DNA of 64,000 bases from a virus. This document shows, piece by piece, positions 47,977 to 58,550 of this stretch (position 1 is its first letter; each line of letters begins with the position of its first letter). A program made the position numbers and the translations under genes. The notes under the pieces were generated by a model. That model was not told the DNA's origin, made no database searches, and saw nothing but the letters and a program-made list of their open reading frames with translations. Location of the stretch: IMG/VR virus record IMGVR_UViG_3300035670_000024; one strand, written 5' to 3'.

Positions 47977-50277
47977 CTAGATAGTGCAACTTTCACAACT
48001 TTCTTCATCAGAAGTCATAATCTCGCTTAAAAGTGATTGAAGGTCTTGTTTTGATTCTTCAACTACCTCATCAGTCTTAATATCATAAGTGTTTTGATAG
48101 TAACTCGTCTTCCAACCATATTTGTAAGTTGTTAGAAAATCTTGCGCCATCACCGACACAGGTACTTCATTATCGGCATAATTTTCCGGATTATATGACC
48201 AGTTACCGGAGATTGCTTGATCAAAGAACTTTTGCATAACAGCAACAACATTGATATAACCAGTATTACTAGGCATATCCCAAAGAAGCGTATAATTGTT
48301 CTTAAGGGTTTGGTACTGAGGGACAATCTGCTTAAGAGGCCCTTTCTTTGACTTTTTAATGGACAGGTATCCTCTAGGTGGTTCAATTCCGTTTGTTGCA
48401 TTTGACACAACGGAACTGCTCTCCGATGGCATCTGTGCGGACAATGTTGAGTGCCTGAGTCCGTGTTCCAAGATGGATGCTCTAAGTGATTCCCAATCAT
48501 GCTCTAATGGAATGGAAGAAATTTCATCTACGTCTCTTTTATATGTATCAATTGGCAAAATACCATCAGCATACTTAGTGCGCCCAAAGTATTCACAATG
48601 TCCTTTCTCTTTAGCAATCTGATTAGATGACTTTAGAAGGTAATATTGAAATGCCTCAGAAAGTCCATGAACAGCATCCCATGCCTCTTGGGAATCATAC
48701 TTAAATCCAAGTTTAGCAAGATAGTGAGCAAGTCCAATAAACCCAACTCCAAGGGATCTACGTGCCTTTGTAGCGATCTCTGCTGCCTTCACAGGATACT
48801 TCTGATAGTCAATGAGTTCTTCAAGACCACGAACAGAAAGATCACAGAGTTCTTCTAGTTCTTCATCAGATTTAACTTTTCCAACATTGATTGCAGAAAG
48901 AATACAAAGTGCAATTTCTCCATCTTTATCATCAATATGTTGAACTGGATAAGTTGGAAGAGTAATTTCTTGACAAAGATTACTCATTTCAATTTTATCT
49001 TTGAATGATGAATGTGAATTGCAATGATCAATATTCATGATGTAGATACGACCCGTTTCAGCACGTTCTTTGAGGAGATCAAGAATAAGTTCTTGAGCCT
49101 TAACAGTTTTCTTTGAAATGGTCGGATCTTTTTCATATGAAATGTATAAATCATCAAACTTGTCTGTTCCGAAAGAATCATAAAGTCCAGGTACATCATG
49201 TGGGGAGAAAAGCGTGATGTTATCGTCTTGAATAAATCTTTCATAAAAAATCTTACTAATTTGAATAGAATAATCAAGTTTACGGACACGATTATCTTCA
49301 GTACCTTTATTATTCTTTAGAACGATAATGTCCTCTATTTCTTGGTGCCAAATAGGAAAATGGACAGTAGCTGATCCGCCACGGATTCCATTTTGTGTAC
49401 AGCAACGTACAGTTGATTCAAACTTTTTAAGGAAAGGAACAACGCCCGTGTGCTGAACTTCTCCGCCTCTGATCTTAGAATTGATTCCACGGATTCTACC
49501 CGCATTAATGCCGATGCCAGCACGTTGAGCAACATAGCGACCAATAGCCATATCACTACTAAAAATACTATCAAGGGTATCATCAACATCAACGAGAACA
49601 CAACTAGCAAACTGGCGAAGGGGTGTTCTGACCCCTGCCATAATTGGCGTTGGAATGTTAATTTTGTGCTTTGAGATTGCATCATAATACCTCTTGACAT
49701 AATGCATTCTTGTTTGCTTAGGATATTCTGCAAAAATTGTAAGAGCAATCAACATATACATGAACTGAGGAGTCTCATATACACCACCAGTGCTTCTATC
49801 TTGAACAAGATACTTATCAACTACTTGACGAAGACCTGCATAAGTAAACAAATAATCACGATCATGATCAATGTAAGAATTAGCCTTTTGAATTTCTTCT
49901 TTAGAATACTTATTGTAAATATCGCTATCATAAACTTGAGCATTTACACAATTATAAATGTGTTGCTCAAGACTAGGCATCTCTTTCATTCTTCCGTAAA
50001 TTTGCTTACGAACAGAAAAAAGAAGAAGACGAGCAGCAACATATTGATAGTTTGGATGATCCAAATCAATTAGGTCACTTGCACTGCGAATCAGAATTTC
50101 TTGAATTTCTTTTGTAGAAATCCCATCATAAAATTGAATACCAGAGGTCATTTCAACTTGACTCGCAGAGACCCCTGCAAGACCCTTACATGCCTCTTCA
50201 ACCATCACATGCATCTTATTTAAGTCAAGAGACTCAATTGAACCATTTCTCTTAACTACTTTTGTTCCGTTGCTCAT
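47977..50277 (-). CDS. nrdA: Ribonucleotide reductase class Ia alpha subunit
   Basis: ATP cone; PTP; QFASC; SNLCQEI; MPSESSS; C-terminal CESC. Confidence 0.97.
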   Translation of the reverse strand: MSNGTKVVKRNGSIESLDLNKMHVMVEEACKGLAGVSASQVEMTSGIQFYDGISTKEIQEILIRSASDLIDLDHPNYQYVAARLLLFSVRKQIYGRMKEMPSLEQHIYNCVNAQVYDSDIYNKYSKEEIQKANSYIDHDRDYLFTYAGLRQVVDKYLVQDRSTGGVYETPQFMYMLIALTIFAEYPKQTRMHYVKRYYDAISKHKINIPTPIMAGVRTPLRQFASCVLVDVDDTLDSIFSSDMAIGRYVAQRAGIGINAGRIRGINSKIRGGEVQHTGVVPFLKKFESTVRCCTQNGIRGGSATVHFPIWHQEIEDIIVLKNNKGTEDNRVRKLDYSIQISKIFYERFIQDDNITLFSPHDVPGLYDSFGTDKFDDLYISYEKDPTISKKTVKAQELILDLLKERAETGRIYIMNIDHCNSHSSFKDKIEMSNLCQEITLPTYPVQHIDDKDGEIALCILSAINVGKVKSDEELEELCDLSVRGLEELIDYQKYPVKAAEIATKARRSLGVGFIGLAHYLAKLGFKYDSQEAWDAVHGLSEAFQYYLLKSSNQIAKEKGHCEYFGRTKYADGILPIDTYKRDVDEISSIPLEHDWESLRASILEHGLRHSTLSAQMPSESSSVVSNATNGIEPPRGYLSIKKSKKGPLKQIVPQYQTLKNNYTLLWDMPSNTGYINVVAVMQKFFDQAISGNWSYNPENYADNEVPVSVMAQDFLTTYKYGWKTSYYQNTYDIKTDEVVEESKQDLQSLLSEIMTSDEESCESCTI

Positions 50278-51248
50278 ATTTTTTTCCAGGTAGTAAACTT
50301 TAGTTTTGCTTCTAATCCAGAGTAGGTATTTGATTTTATCACATCTTGCACATTAAGTCCAGACAAAATCATGTCGTTGATGTCCTTTTCTTGTATTGAA
50401 GAAGGCCATATCACAATAGAATTTCCTTGCTCAATTTTTTTACTCATTCTAGAGTGTATTTCTTTGTTTCTCGGTTCGTTGTCATAAACATATACCGGGT
50501 GAGAAATATTTAGAGGTTTTAGATCAAGGTCAGATCCGCACATAGCAATAGAATTTTCTACAAAAAACGAATCAAAAGGCCCCTCCAAAACATAGACTGG
50601 GTTATTTTTATCTATTGTATCGTATCCATATACTTTTGGGGAGTCATCATTAAGCATAATAGTAATATATTTAATTTTACTACTACCTAAAGATCTACCT
50701 TGAAATCCTATCAATCTCTTATCGTAATACAATGGAATTACAATTCTAGGTTCTTCATATCTTAAAGATTTCTCATCAAAAGTTTTTATTTTAGTATTAG
50801 TCCATTCCTTAAATTTATTGGCAAAATAAAATTTGTCAGGATCTAATTTTCTAGATTCCAAATACTTTTTTGCAGTTTCATTTTCAGATGCCTTTGGAAG
50901 GTTTATTGTCTCATTGAACTTTGGAGGTTCAAATTCAACTTTAGGTTCTTCTACTACAAAATTCTTTCCAGTAAAACCTTCCTTGAATTTTTCCATTGAA
51001 TAATCTTGATGAAGTGCTGGATCAACCTTCTTCAAAAAGTTATTAAATGATAAACTAGCACCGCAATTATGACACTTAAAGTTAGTGTTATTTTTTACTG
51101 AGTAAAAGTAACCTCTGGTTTTATTCCTATTTTTTTGAGAATCTCCACAAATAGGACAACGAAAATTGTAGAGATTTGCTTTTACCTTTTTAAATTTTTG
51201 AAGACGAGAAGATACCAATCCAATATACTTGGAGTCAATCAAATCCAT
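50274..51248 (-). CDS. gp61: DNA primase gp61
   Basis: RCPICGDS..CHNCG; EGPFDS; DNEPRN; KDINDM. Confidence 0.95.
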   Translation of the reverse strand: MDLIDSKYIGLVSSRLQKFKKVKANLYNFRCPICGDSQKNRNKTRGYFYSVKNNTNFKCHNCGASLSFNNFLKKVDPALHQDYSMEKFKEGFTGKNFVVEEPKVEFEPPKFNETINLPKASENETAKKYLESRKLDPDKFYFANKFKEWTNTKIKTFDEKSLRYEEPRIVIPLYYDKRLIGFQGRSLGSSKIKYITIMLNDDSPKVYGYDTIDKNNPVYVLEGPFDSFFVENSIAMCGSDLDLKPLNISHPVYVYDNEPRNKEIHSRMSKKIEQGNSIVIWPSSIQEKDINDMILSGLNVQDVIKSNTYSGLEAKLKFTTWKKI

Positions 51249-51261
51249 TACAAATTAGATA

Positions 51262-51723
51262 TTACTTTGTCTTCTCAATTCTAACAGATTCGTCGGTTGG
51301 TGTCAAGATATCAACGACTGTAGTTGATTGGGAGAATATGAAGGATATAATAATAACTGCTCCAACAAGAATCCAACGAAACTTTACAAATTCTTCTATC
51401 TTCATTTCTAACTTTTCAATTCTAGAATAAACTCTTTCGTGGTCTTTCTTATTTTCTTCCTTCATTTCATCAATCTCTTTCATGAAGATTTGATCATTTT
51501 TTAAAGTTTGATCTATTCTTTCATCATGCTTAGTTAAAATATTAGCAATTGTACTATTTGCTTCTGATATTTTATCTACAGCAGACTCTAATTTATCTAG
51601 CATTTGTCTAGATAATTCCTCGTAAATGTTGAACTTTGTTTCTAAAACATCTAACTTCGCCAAGTCAGATCTTCTTACCTGGAATGGTGACATTTTTAAA
51701 CTTACAGAAGAAAAGTCACACAA
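51262..51723 (-). CDS. Coiled-coil protein with C-terminal TM helix
   Basis: Heptad-rich region then FRWILVGAVIIISF. Confidence 0.6.
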   Translation of the reverse strand: MCDFSSVSLKMSPFQVRRSDLAKLDVLETKFNIYEELSRQMLDKLESAVDKISEANSTIANILTKHDERIDQTLKNDQIFMKEIDEMKEENKKDHERVYSRIEKLEMKIEEFVKFRWILVGAVIIISFIFSQSTTVVDILTPTDESVRIEKTK

Positions 51724-51738
51724 TTCATCTATTTTTTA

Positions 51739-51930
51739 TTATTTATTCTTTATAGATTTTACCCACCTTCTAAGTTTAGAATCTATTGTTCTCAAATCAA
51801 CTTGATTATTTTTTCTTCTTCTCATTCCTAAAATAGGATCAAATGTAGCAATAGCAGGCCCTGTAGAATTTGTTGGGGCTTCTTCACGAAGATTTCTAAA
51901 ATACTCTATAACTTTATCAATCTTGTTCAT
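51739..51930 (-). CDS. Small hypothetical protein
   Basis: LREEAPTNS motif; coupled ORF. Confidence 0.55.
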   Translation of the reverse strand: MNKIDKVIEYFRNLREEAPTNSTGPAIATFDPILGMRRRKNNQVDLRTIDSKLRRWVKSIKNK

Positions 51931-52309
51931 CTTTATTATAGATCTTTTGAAGTTTTTCTAAACAATTTATATCAACTGGAATGTCATGCACATATGTTTT
52001 TGGATATTGTGGTAGTCTATTTAAAAACAAAATGAATGTTTTAACTTGAGACCACATCTCTTTATCCAATTTAAAAAATAACATAGGTGTAGTCGCTTCT
52101 CCAAATATGTTATAAAGAACAACAAAATGATTTATTAACAGGTGAATTTTTAGATCACCTGTTTTTTTATATCGTTTCAAAAGTCTTTTAATGTACTTAA
52201 AATGATTTAAATCCTTTTGAAAATCATCTTTAGTGACTGCCTGAGGATTCTCATAATTTTTTATAGCAAACAAGAGGAAGTTGTCCTCATTCAGTTCATT
52301 AAAAATCAT
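51917..52309 (-). CDS. Conserved T4-like phage protein
   Basis: LFAIKNYENP; KYIKRL; LLINH..LYNIFG. Confidence 0.7.
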   Translation of the reverse strand: MIFNELNEDNFLLFAIKNYENPQAVTKDDFQKDLNHFKYIKRLLKRYKKTGDLKIHLLINHFVVLYNIFGEATTPMLFFKLDKEMWSQVKTFILFLNRLPQYPKTYVHDIPVDINCLEKLQKIYNKDEQD

Positions 52310-52315
52310 AGGTTA

Positions 52316-53140
52316 TCAAGAAACTGTCATTGTTGCAATTCCAGAAGTTACTGATGTACCACCAGATGTAATTACAACGCGATATTCATATTGATCCTTA
52401 GATGCATCAGTATTTGCAATACCTACACTAGTACCAGTTGCCCCAACGAGATTAGCGAATGTAAGTCCAGCATCATCACTTTCTTGCCACTGATAAGACA
52501 GAGGTGCATAAGAAGGTGTTACAGAAGCAGTTACACTAAATGTTGCAGTGGTTCCAACTCCAACACTAGAAGATACTGGTTGTGAAGTAATTGTAATAAT
52601 TGCATCAGCAAGAACTGCATCATCTCCAGCATCACCAGCAGAAGTATAAGAAGCAGCGCCATTTGTAACTTCAGACATGGCAACAAGAGTTTCTGACTTA
52701 ACTCTTAAGGTTCCATGCATATCAATATAAGTATGAATTCCTACCCAACCAGCATGAATTCCACCATATTGTGCAGAAGCACCAAGAGTTGAAATTTCAT
52801 ACTTATCTACACCATATACTTCATGTTTTGGATTTGCATTATACTGATATCCAGAATCTTCAAGTGTATAGACTGGTCTTTCTGAAATTGTGTATGCAAC
52901 TCCAGAAATAGGTTGCCCACTTAAATACTGAGTGGTTGCTATTGAAATCAATGTATCTGAAGTGATGCCAGCAATTACAGCAGAACCAAAAGTTCCACCA
53001 GCACCAACAGTAATTACATCTCCAGCAGATATTCCAAAAGCAGTGAATGATGTGCCAGTACCTGTGATTGTTTTTGCAGCATAATCTACAGCTACTGTTC
53101 CAACAGAATAAAGACTATCTGCAGTTCCCCAGAGTGCCAT
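52316..53140 (-). CDS. Virion structural protein with C-terminal Ig-like domain
   Basis: MALWG; HAGWV; RVKSETLVAM; ITSQP..SYQWQ..YEYRVVI; TATAAATA upstream at 53173..53180. Confidence 0.75.
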   Translation of the reverse strand: MALWGTADSLYSVGTVAVDYAAKTITGTGTSFTAFGISAGDVITVGAGGTFGSAVIAGITSDTLISIATTQYLSGQPISGVAYTISERPVYTLEDSGYQYNANPKHEVYGVDKYEISTLGASAQYGGIHAGWVGIHTYIDMHGTLRVKSETLVAMSEVTNGAASYTSAGDAGDDAVLADAIITITSQPVSSSVGVGTTATFSVTASVTPSYAPLSYQWQESDDAGLTFANLVGATGTSVGIANTDASKDQYEYRVVITSGGTSVTSGIATMTVS

Positions 53141-53232
53141 TCTTTTTACCTTTACTAAATTTTTCTTACAAGTATTTATAAAAAATGGGGAGTTTAAATA
53201 TCCCCATTAGTATTATTGTTTTTTATGTTAAA

Positions 53233-53418
53233 TTATGGAGTTGGATCTTGTCCACCCTTTTTCTTTGCAAATTCTCTTGCCTGTAAAAGAACAAAAGAAA
53301 CAATACCGTTTGATTTAAATGCTGGGATAGCACCAAGAAGTTCAGAAACAACAAGTAGAAGAGTTGCTACTGCTGCTTCGTTAGCAATAATCCAAGCCCA
53401 GAGTGCTGCTACTGACAT
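53233..53418 (-). CDS. Small membrane protein
   Basis: GGAGG RBS; hydrophobic; VSELLGAIP.FKSNG. Confidence 0.6.
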   Translation of the reverse strand: MSVAALWAWIIANEAAVATLLLVVSELLGAIPAFKSNGIVSFVLLQAREFAKKKGGQDPTP

Positions 53419-53468
53419 GGGTTTACCTCCTAATAAGGTAGTGTATAATTATTTAGAAAATTTCTTTG

Positions 53469-55781
53469 TTATGCTTGAGGTCTTGGCCAAGATGCTGGAT
53501 TCTCACTATGAGAATACTCAGGTTCTCTTTCTTGTCGTTGTTTAGCTCTTTGTTTCTTTATGTTTGCATTTTTTTGCCTTTCTAGATCAGCATCAATTCT
53601 AGTTTGTGCTCTTCCAGTTGGAGTAGAAAGACCTTTTCCTCTTTGTTGTAATCTGTAAAAAAGAGGAGTTGTTTCATCAATTTGTTCACCTTCTGGTTCA
53701 TATGACGCATTTTGTAATTGAGAATTTTGAGGTTCTTGTTGATCCTTTTGCAGGTTTTTCTGTCTCTGCTTTATTTTTAAAGCAGTTTTATCCGCATCTT
53801 GCCTTTTTCTTAATGCTACTTGAACTTGACGCTCAGCAGAAAATTGTTGAGGAGTAGTTGGTTGCAAATCTTCACCCAGGCTGTCTTGAGCATTTTTTAT
53901 TTGTTTATTTGCAATTTCCTTTTGGATTCTTGTAATTAATGGAGACTTTGTATCAGTTGCTCCTTCTGGATTGGCAATTGCCTCATTTACTTTTTTTTTT
54001 GGAATCCCTTTATGTGGAGTTGCTGCAAAATCACGAATTTTTTTTTCACTCATATCATCAACAATTTTAAGAACTTCTGCACTTGCTTCAGATCTTGGGG
54101 TTTCTCCTCTTTTTACTGAAAGAGCAAGACCAAAAAGTTTTTGCTGTTGCTCACTTTCTGACTTTTCTTGAAGTTCCAATTCTTCTTTAGTTAATTTACG
54201 AAGACCAGCACCTAAAGCAGCACCAGCAACGCCTGCAGGAGAAGCACCCCTTCTACGAGCAGCGACACCAGAACCAGCAGCGGCACCTGCAGCACCTGCC
54301 GCTTTAATTGCCGTTCTACCTGCTGCCTGTGCCGCTCTACCTGCAGCAACAGTTGCTTTTCTTCTTGCTCTAGTGGCAGCAGCAGATTGTTCTGCTTTCT
54401 TACCTCTTTCTCTTACAGCATCATAAACTGCCTTTGCTTCTGCTCCTCTACGAGAAGCAACAGTTTTTGCAGTTTGGGCAGCATCTTGAACTCTCTTAAT
54501 ATCTTCTCTTCCTTTTTTAACAACAGCCCCTAGAGCAGCACCAAGTTTTCCGGCGATTCCTTTTTTCTTACCTTCAGAAGTTTTTTCTGAAGAAGGTGCT
54601 TGAGTTTCTTTTGCTTTTTCTACAGCATCTTTTGCTTTACTTGCAGTTATCTTTTTACCAATAGTACCCTTAACAGATTGGGACTTGATTGTTTGTCCTC
54701 CCTTCTCAACTCTTGCTTTAGTTGTCTGAGAGGGTTTGGTTCCTGTTGGCAATTTCTTAGCAACTTTCTTTTTGCCAAGTAAAGTTCTTGCTTCACTTAA
54801 GAAATATTCTTCAGATAAATCAAATACAAATTCTGCAAACTTATCTTCACCAAGTTCTTCAATTACAATATCTACACCGTTTTCATTTAATCCACAATTA
54901 AAGAAAAAGTTGGTGGCAATATTAACTACTTCCTCAATATATTCTTCAGAGAGTTCAAAAGATTCAACAATACGACCACCAAAAATTTCTACTTCTTCTG
55001 TAACTTGAGGATTAATTACTATAGTTTTATCTTTGTAATTATCTACCTTTTTTTCCTTTATTTGCTTTTCATTTCTAGAAGCAATCTCATCATCTACACC
55101 AACTACTTCTTTAAGATCTTGTCTCCAGTTTGAAAAACCTTCACTTACACCATAACCCTTAAGTTTCTTTTTGGAAGATTTTCCTCTAGTATCTTGACCA
55201 TCTGGAGTTCCACCCATTTTTCTTTGAATTGCATTATGAACTGCTCCAGCATGTTCTTTTGAACCACTTTCAATTTTACCATCACCATCATAATCCTTTT
55301 TGGCAATGCCATCTACACCATACTTTGTCATCTCTACAGAAGAAACATTTGGATTAGATCTCAATCTTGAAATTTCTGATCTTGAAGTTCTCTTTCTGTA
55401 AGATGTTCCGTTCTTATATCTTATTACAATAGAGTATAACTTTTCTTCATGACCTTTTTCTTCAGAAACTGGAGTTGTTCCACCTCCTTTAATGCCAAGT
55501 TTTTCTTTTGCAGTTTTAATTACTTCTGCACCATAATTAGTTTTTGAAGATCTAATTTGAAATGCTCTTTCTACGGGAATATTATTTTTTCTCATCAAAT
55601 GGCGAACATCATAAATGAATTGACGAACTTTCTTTTCAAATGAATCAGTCTCACCATCACCATCAAGATCTGAAGGAGAAGTTGGTTTTGCTGGTGTTGA
55701 TGCACCAGGCTTTCCTAGTTTTGGTTTGAAAACCTCTTCAACATACACCTGATGGAGATCATTTGTAATATAAGATGACAT
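53469..55781 (-). CDS. Large putative internal virion protein
   Basis: KKDYDGDGKIES; SEQQQKLFGLAL...DFA.TPHKGIP (DUF3008-like); many xEE/xEA potential processing sites. Confidence 0.7.
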   Translation of the reverse strand: MSSYITNDLHQVYVEEVFKPKLGKPGASTPAKPTSPSDLDGDGETDSFEKKVRQFIYDVRHLMRKNNIPVERAFQIRSSKTNYGAEVIKTAKEKLGIKGGGTTPVSEEKGHEEKLYSIVIRYKNGTSYRKRTSRSEISRLRSNPNVSSVEMTKYGVDGIAKKDYDGDGKIESGSKEHAGAVHNAIQRKMGGTPDGQDTRGKSSKKKLKGYGVSEGFSNWRQDLKEVVGVDDEIASRNEKQIKEKKVDNYKDKTIVINPQVTEEVEIFGGRIVESFELSEEYIEEVVNIATNFFFNCGLNENGVDIVIEELGEDKFAEFVFDLSEEYFLSEARTLLGKKKVAKKLPTGTKPSQTTKARVEKGGQTIKSQSVKGTIGKKITASKAKDAVEKAKETQAPSSEKTSEGKKKGIAGKLGAALGAVVKKGREDIKRVQDAAQTAKTVASRRGAEAKAVYDAVRERGKKAEQSAAATRARRKATVAAGRAAQAAGRTAIKAAGAAGAAAGSGVAARRRGASPAGVAGAALGAGLRKLTKEELELQEKSESEQQQKLFGLALSVKRGETPRSEASAEVLKIVDDMSEKKIRDFAATPHKGIPKKKVNEAIANPEGATDTKSPLITRIQKEIANKQIKNAQDSLGEDLQPTTPQQFSAERQVQVALRKRQDADKTALKIKQRQKNLQKDQQEPQNSQLQNASYEPEGEQIDETTPLFYRLQQRGKGLSTPTGRAQTRIDADLERQKNANIKKQRAKQRQEREPEYSHSENPASWPRPQA

Positions 55782-55785
55782 TTTT

Positions 55786-56943
55786 CTATTTACGATTTAC
55801 TTTATACTTATTTATGAATTTCCTTACATTAAAATTATCAATCTTTTTAGTGTCTGTAATAGACATAACATATTTTCTCAAAGCATCGGTTCCAACTTCT
55901 CTTTGATTTGCAGGAACACCAGATTTATTTGTCCATTCAACAACATCCCGAATCCAAGGTTTAAACATCACATTATCTTCAGTTACACAAATAAGGTAAT
56001 TAGTTCCTCTACGAATAATCTTACCAATTAGTCCAGTATTTAAATTCTCAACCCATTCTCCAAGTTTGTAAATTTTCTCCGCAAGATAATTTTCTCTAAG
56101 ATTTTTTATATCACACTTAGGAGCAATTTCCCAAATCTCACATCCTTCATCAATATTCATAGATTGGCGAAGAATGTTATAGAGTCTTTGAGACTTTGTA
56201 GAGTTAAATGTATCTGGAATTCCTTTACGAAAATCTTGATAATTACCTTCTACTACAAATTTTCTTAGTTTAGATGCAGATACTCCTTCAACACTATCAG
56301 AGTCAGGATCTCGGTCTCCAGCAGAAACTATATTGATTTCTTCAAAGAAGTATAGATCATTATTATACTGATTTGTCAGTTTTTCAAATTCAGTTTGACG
56401 ATCAGATCCAACAACAATATTTACTTTAGTAAATCCTTCCTCACAAAGATTTTTAAGAACATCTAAAATATTACGAATATTATCATCATCTACAATTTTA
56501 TCACTGTGTTCTGGATACATTTCACGCATCACAGAAATTTTAGTTGTAGGATCTAATGGATTCTTTTTAGAGTCATTAGATCTTGAAGGGTAGATTCTAT
56601 ATTGATTGTTTTCAGCAACTTCAGAAAGAGTATCAAACAATTTTTGATGACCTAGTGTTGGAGGATTAAACCTTCCAAAAACTACAGAAATTTCTTCAGT
56701 AACTTGATGTGATGGAGGAACAAGGGGAGAAAGTTTAGATCTATTTTGTCTTGGATCAGTTTTTCCAATAATCTGATTTTGATTATAAAACTTTAGTTTA
56801 GTTCCTTTAGTTTTAGCAACAAATTCTCCAGTCTTCTTATCGTACCAATCTCCATGCTCGTTACCAACAAGTCCCAATCTCTTTGCATTAAACTGAGCAA
56901 GAGATGTTTTTGCTTCTTGAATGAATTGGGAAAAGTTTTTCAT
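55786..56943 (-). CDS. Cytidylyltransferase-like protein
   Basis: FGRFNPPTLGH (HxGH-like); VGSDR; SAGDRDPD; SASKLR. Confidence 0.85.
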   Translation of the reverse strand: MKNFSQFIQEAKTSLAQFNAKRLGLVGNEHGDWYDKKTGEFVAKTKGTKLKFYNQNQIIGKTDPRQNRSKLSPLVPPSHQVTEEISVVFGRFNPPTLGHQKLFDTLSEVAENNQYRIYPSRSNDSKKNPLDPTTKISVMREMYPEHSDKIVDDDNIRNILDVLKNLCEEGFTKVNIVVGSDRQTEFEKLTNQYNNDLYFFEEINIVSAGDRDPDSDSVEGVSASKLRKFVVEGNYQDFRKGIPDTFNSTKSQRLYNILRQSMNIDEGCEIWEIAPKCDIKNLRENYLAEKIYKLGEWVENLNTGLIGKIIRRGTNYLICVTEDNVMFKPWIRDVVEWTNKSGVPANQREVGTDALRKYVMSITDTKKIDNFNVRKFINKYKVNRK

Positions 56944-56965
56944 ATGTAGTTAGTTATACTTATAT

Positions 56966-57889
56966 TTATTTGCACCAATTCTTTTGAAGATTAAAATTGG
57001 CGTGACTAAAAACTTCACGATTTACTAGTTTATACATTCCATATTTATTAAACATTACATAACCTTCAGAATCAATGCGATCTTGACCAATGTAAGCATC
57101 AGGGCCATTGTTCCTACAGATATACAGGCAATCATCTTTAATAGATTTAACCAATAACCAAAATTGAATCAGGAGAGGATCACATTCAAATTTAAACATA
57201 TTAACTGAATGACCTTCACGAATGCAGGCATTAATTTGTTTTTTCAGTTCAGGAACTTTCTTATCATCAACAAAATCAATCATTGTGGACATTTGACGAG
57301 CAAAAGCACAAGCGTCTTCTACATCAGCAAATGAATCCTGATTATGGACAATATATGCCTTAGGTTGAACAAACTTAACCTGATCAGTAGAATCCAATAG
57401 TGCAGTTAGTGGTTCTGCCACAGCATCACGAAGATTTGTGAAGGCATAATAAAAAGTATGAGGTGCCAAAATAATTGTTTGACGAACAACTTCTGGAAAC
57501 TTATAGGTAATAGTATTTGGTGTATATTTATCAGAACCACCAAACCCAATGAAATCTGCCTGAACAACTCCATGAATTCTAGGAAGATACTTCAAACAAG
57601 CACACAGAATTTCAATCAGAGAAGCGTGAGTTGCTTCATCATAGAGGGTAAAAATGTCCTCCTGAGTATAACAGATCTTGATCTTCTTCTTATTGAAAAC
57701 ACTCTTAGTTCCTACAAAGAACCGACCGTTCTCAGGGTTAGTGCCAAATACAACTGCAGGAGCACCATCCATCTTGACAGATAGGTGTCCATAAGGAGTC
57801 ACAAACCAATCAAGAACAGAAAGATCTCCATTCAGGATGGTGTCTTCAGGATGCTCAAGGTGAAGGTTTTTGGTCATTTCAGATTCCAT
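56966..57889 (-). CDS. Conserved T4-like phage protein (DUF6267-like)
   Basis: KNLHLEHPED; VKMDGAPA; FFVGTKSVFN; EGYV; KLVNR..FS..NF; start refined. Confidence 0.7.
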   Translation of the reverse strand: MESEMTKNLHLEHPEDTILNGDLSVLDWFVTPYGHLSVKMDGAPAVVFGTNPENGRFFVGTKSVFNKKKIKICYTQEDIFTLYDEATHASLIEILCACLKYLPRIHGVVQADFIGFGGSDKYTPNTITYKFPEVVRQTIILAPHTFYYAFTNLRDAVAEPLTALLDSTDQVKFVQPKAYIVHNQDSFADVEDACAFARQMSTMIDFVDDKKVPELKKQINACIREGHSVNMFKFECDPLLIQFWLLVKSIKDDCLYICRNNGPDAYIGQDRIDSEGYVMFNKYGMYKLVNREVFSHANFNLQKNWCK

Positions 57890-57953
57890 TTTCCATATCA
57901 TAGCAAAAAGGGAGGAACAAAGTCCTCCCCATGTGCCACTTATTAAACTGTCA

Positions 57954-58136
57954 CTATTCAACTATTTCAAAACTTTCAAGTTGACTTGCAGATACCTTAT
58001 GTTCATTATCAATAAGATACCAATGCTCATCATTCTCAAATCCAAGATATTTCATTTGATCTTCTGTAAATACATATTCTCGCATTGCTGCTTGAATTTG
58101 TAGATGCATAAGTTCAGATTTATTTGGAACTTTCAC
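57954..58136 (-). CDS. Hypothetical protein
   Basis: 60-aa co-oriented ORF. Confidence 0.55.
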   Translation of the reverse strand: MKVPNKSELMHLQIQAAMREYVFTEDQMKYLGFENDEHWYLIDNEHKVSASQLESFEIVE

Positions 58137-58138
58137 AA

Positions 58139-58549
58139 TTAAAGATCTCCCTCTACACGATTTTCGGAATAATGAACATCAAAGGTTCCTTCTGGATAAC
58201 GAGCACTTAGTTTTTGAAAATTCATTTCAAGAACCTCATCAAAGGTAACATCAAGTGCCATACATGCTTGTGCGAGATACCAGCAAATATCACCAAGTTC
58301 ACGCTTCATATGAAATACATTATCTTCATTATAGGGTTTACCTTGAAGGAAGATTTTTTTCACAACCTCAGTAAATTCACCTGCCTCAGCAGTAAGACCA
58401 TAAGCAGCAGTCATTAAACGGCAAACATCAGCATTTTGTACTTCAAGTTCAGTTAAGCGAGAAAGTAGAGAAGGAAAATCGCTACTTGCCGGACTGGTAG
58501 TTTGGCGTACAAATTCAACATATTTTTCAGTGTCAATTTTTTGAGTCAT
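58139..58549 (-). CDS. mazG: MazG nucleotide pyrophosphohydrolase
   Basis: GL.AEAGEF.E.VKK; ELGDICWY; N.QKL..RYP. Confidence 0.9.
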   Translation of the reverse strand: MTQKIDTEKYVEFVRQTTSPASSDFPSLLSRLTELEVQNADVCRLMTAAYGLTAEAGEFTEVVKKIFLQGKPYNEDNVFHMKRELGDICWYLAQACMALDVTFDEVLEMNFQKLSARYPEGTFDVHYSENRVEGDL

Positions 58550-58550
58550 A

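Noticed and set aside
48150-50073. Several alternative-frame and antisense ORFs inside nrdA (likewise inside psbD, the porin and uvsX)
   Set aside because: Fully overlap well-conserved genes, with no motifs or RBS; expected shadows.
46733-50277. Introns or inteins in nrdA/nrdB
   Set aside because: Both ORFs are continuous and of normal length, with no Hint motifs seen.
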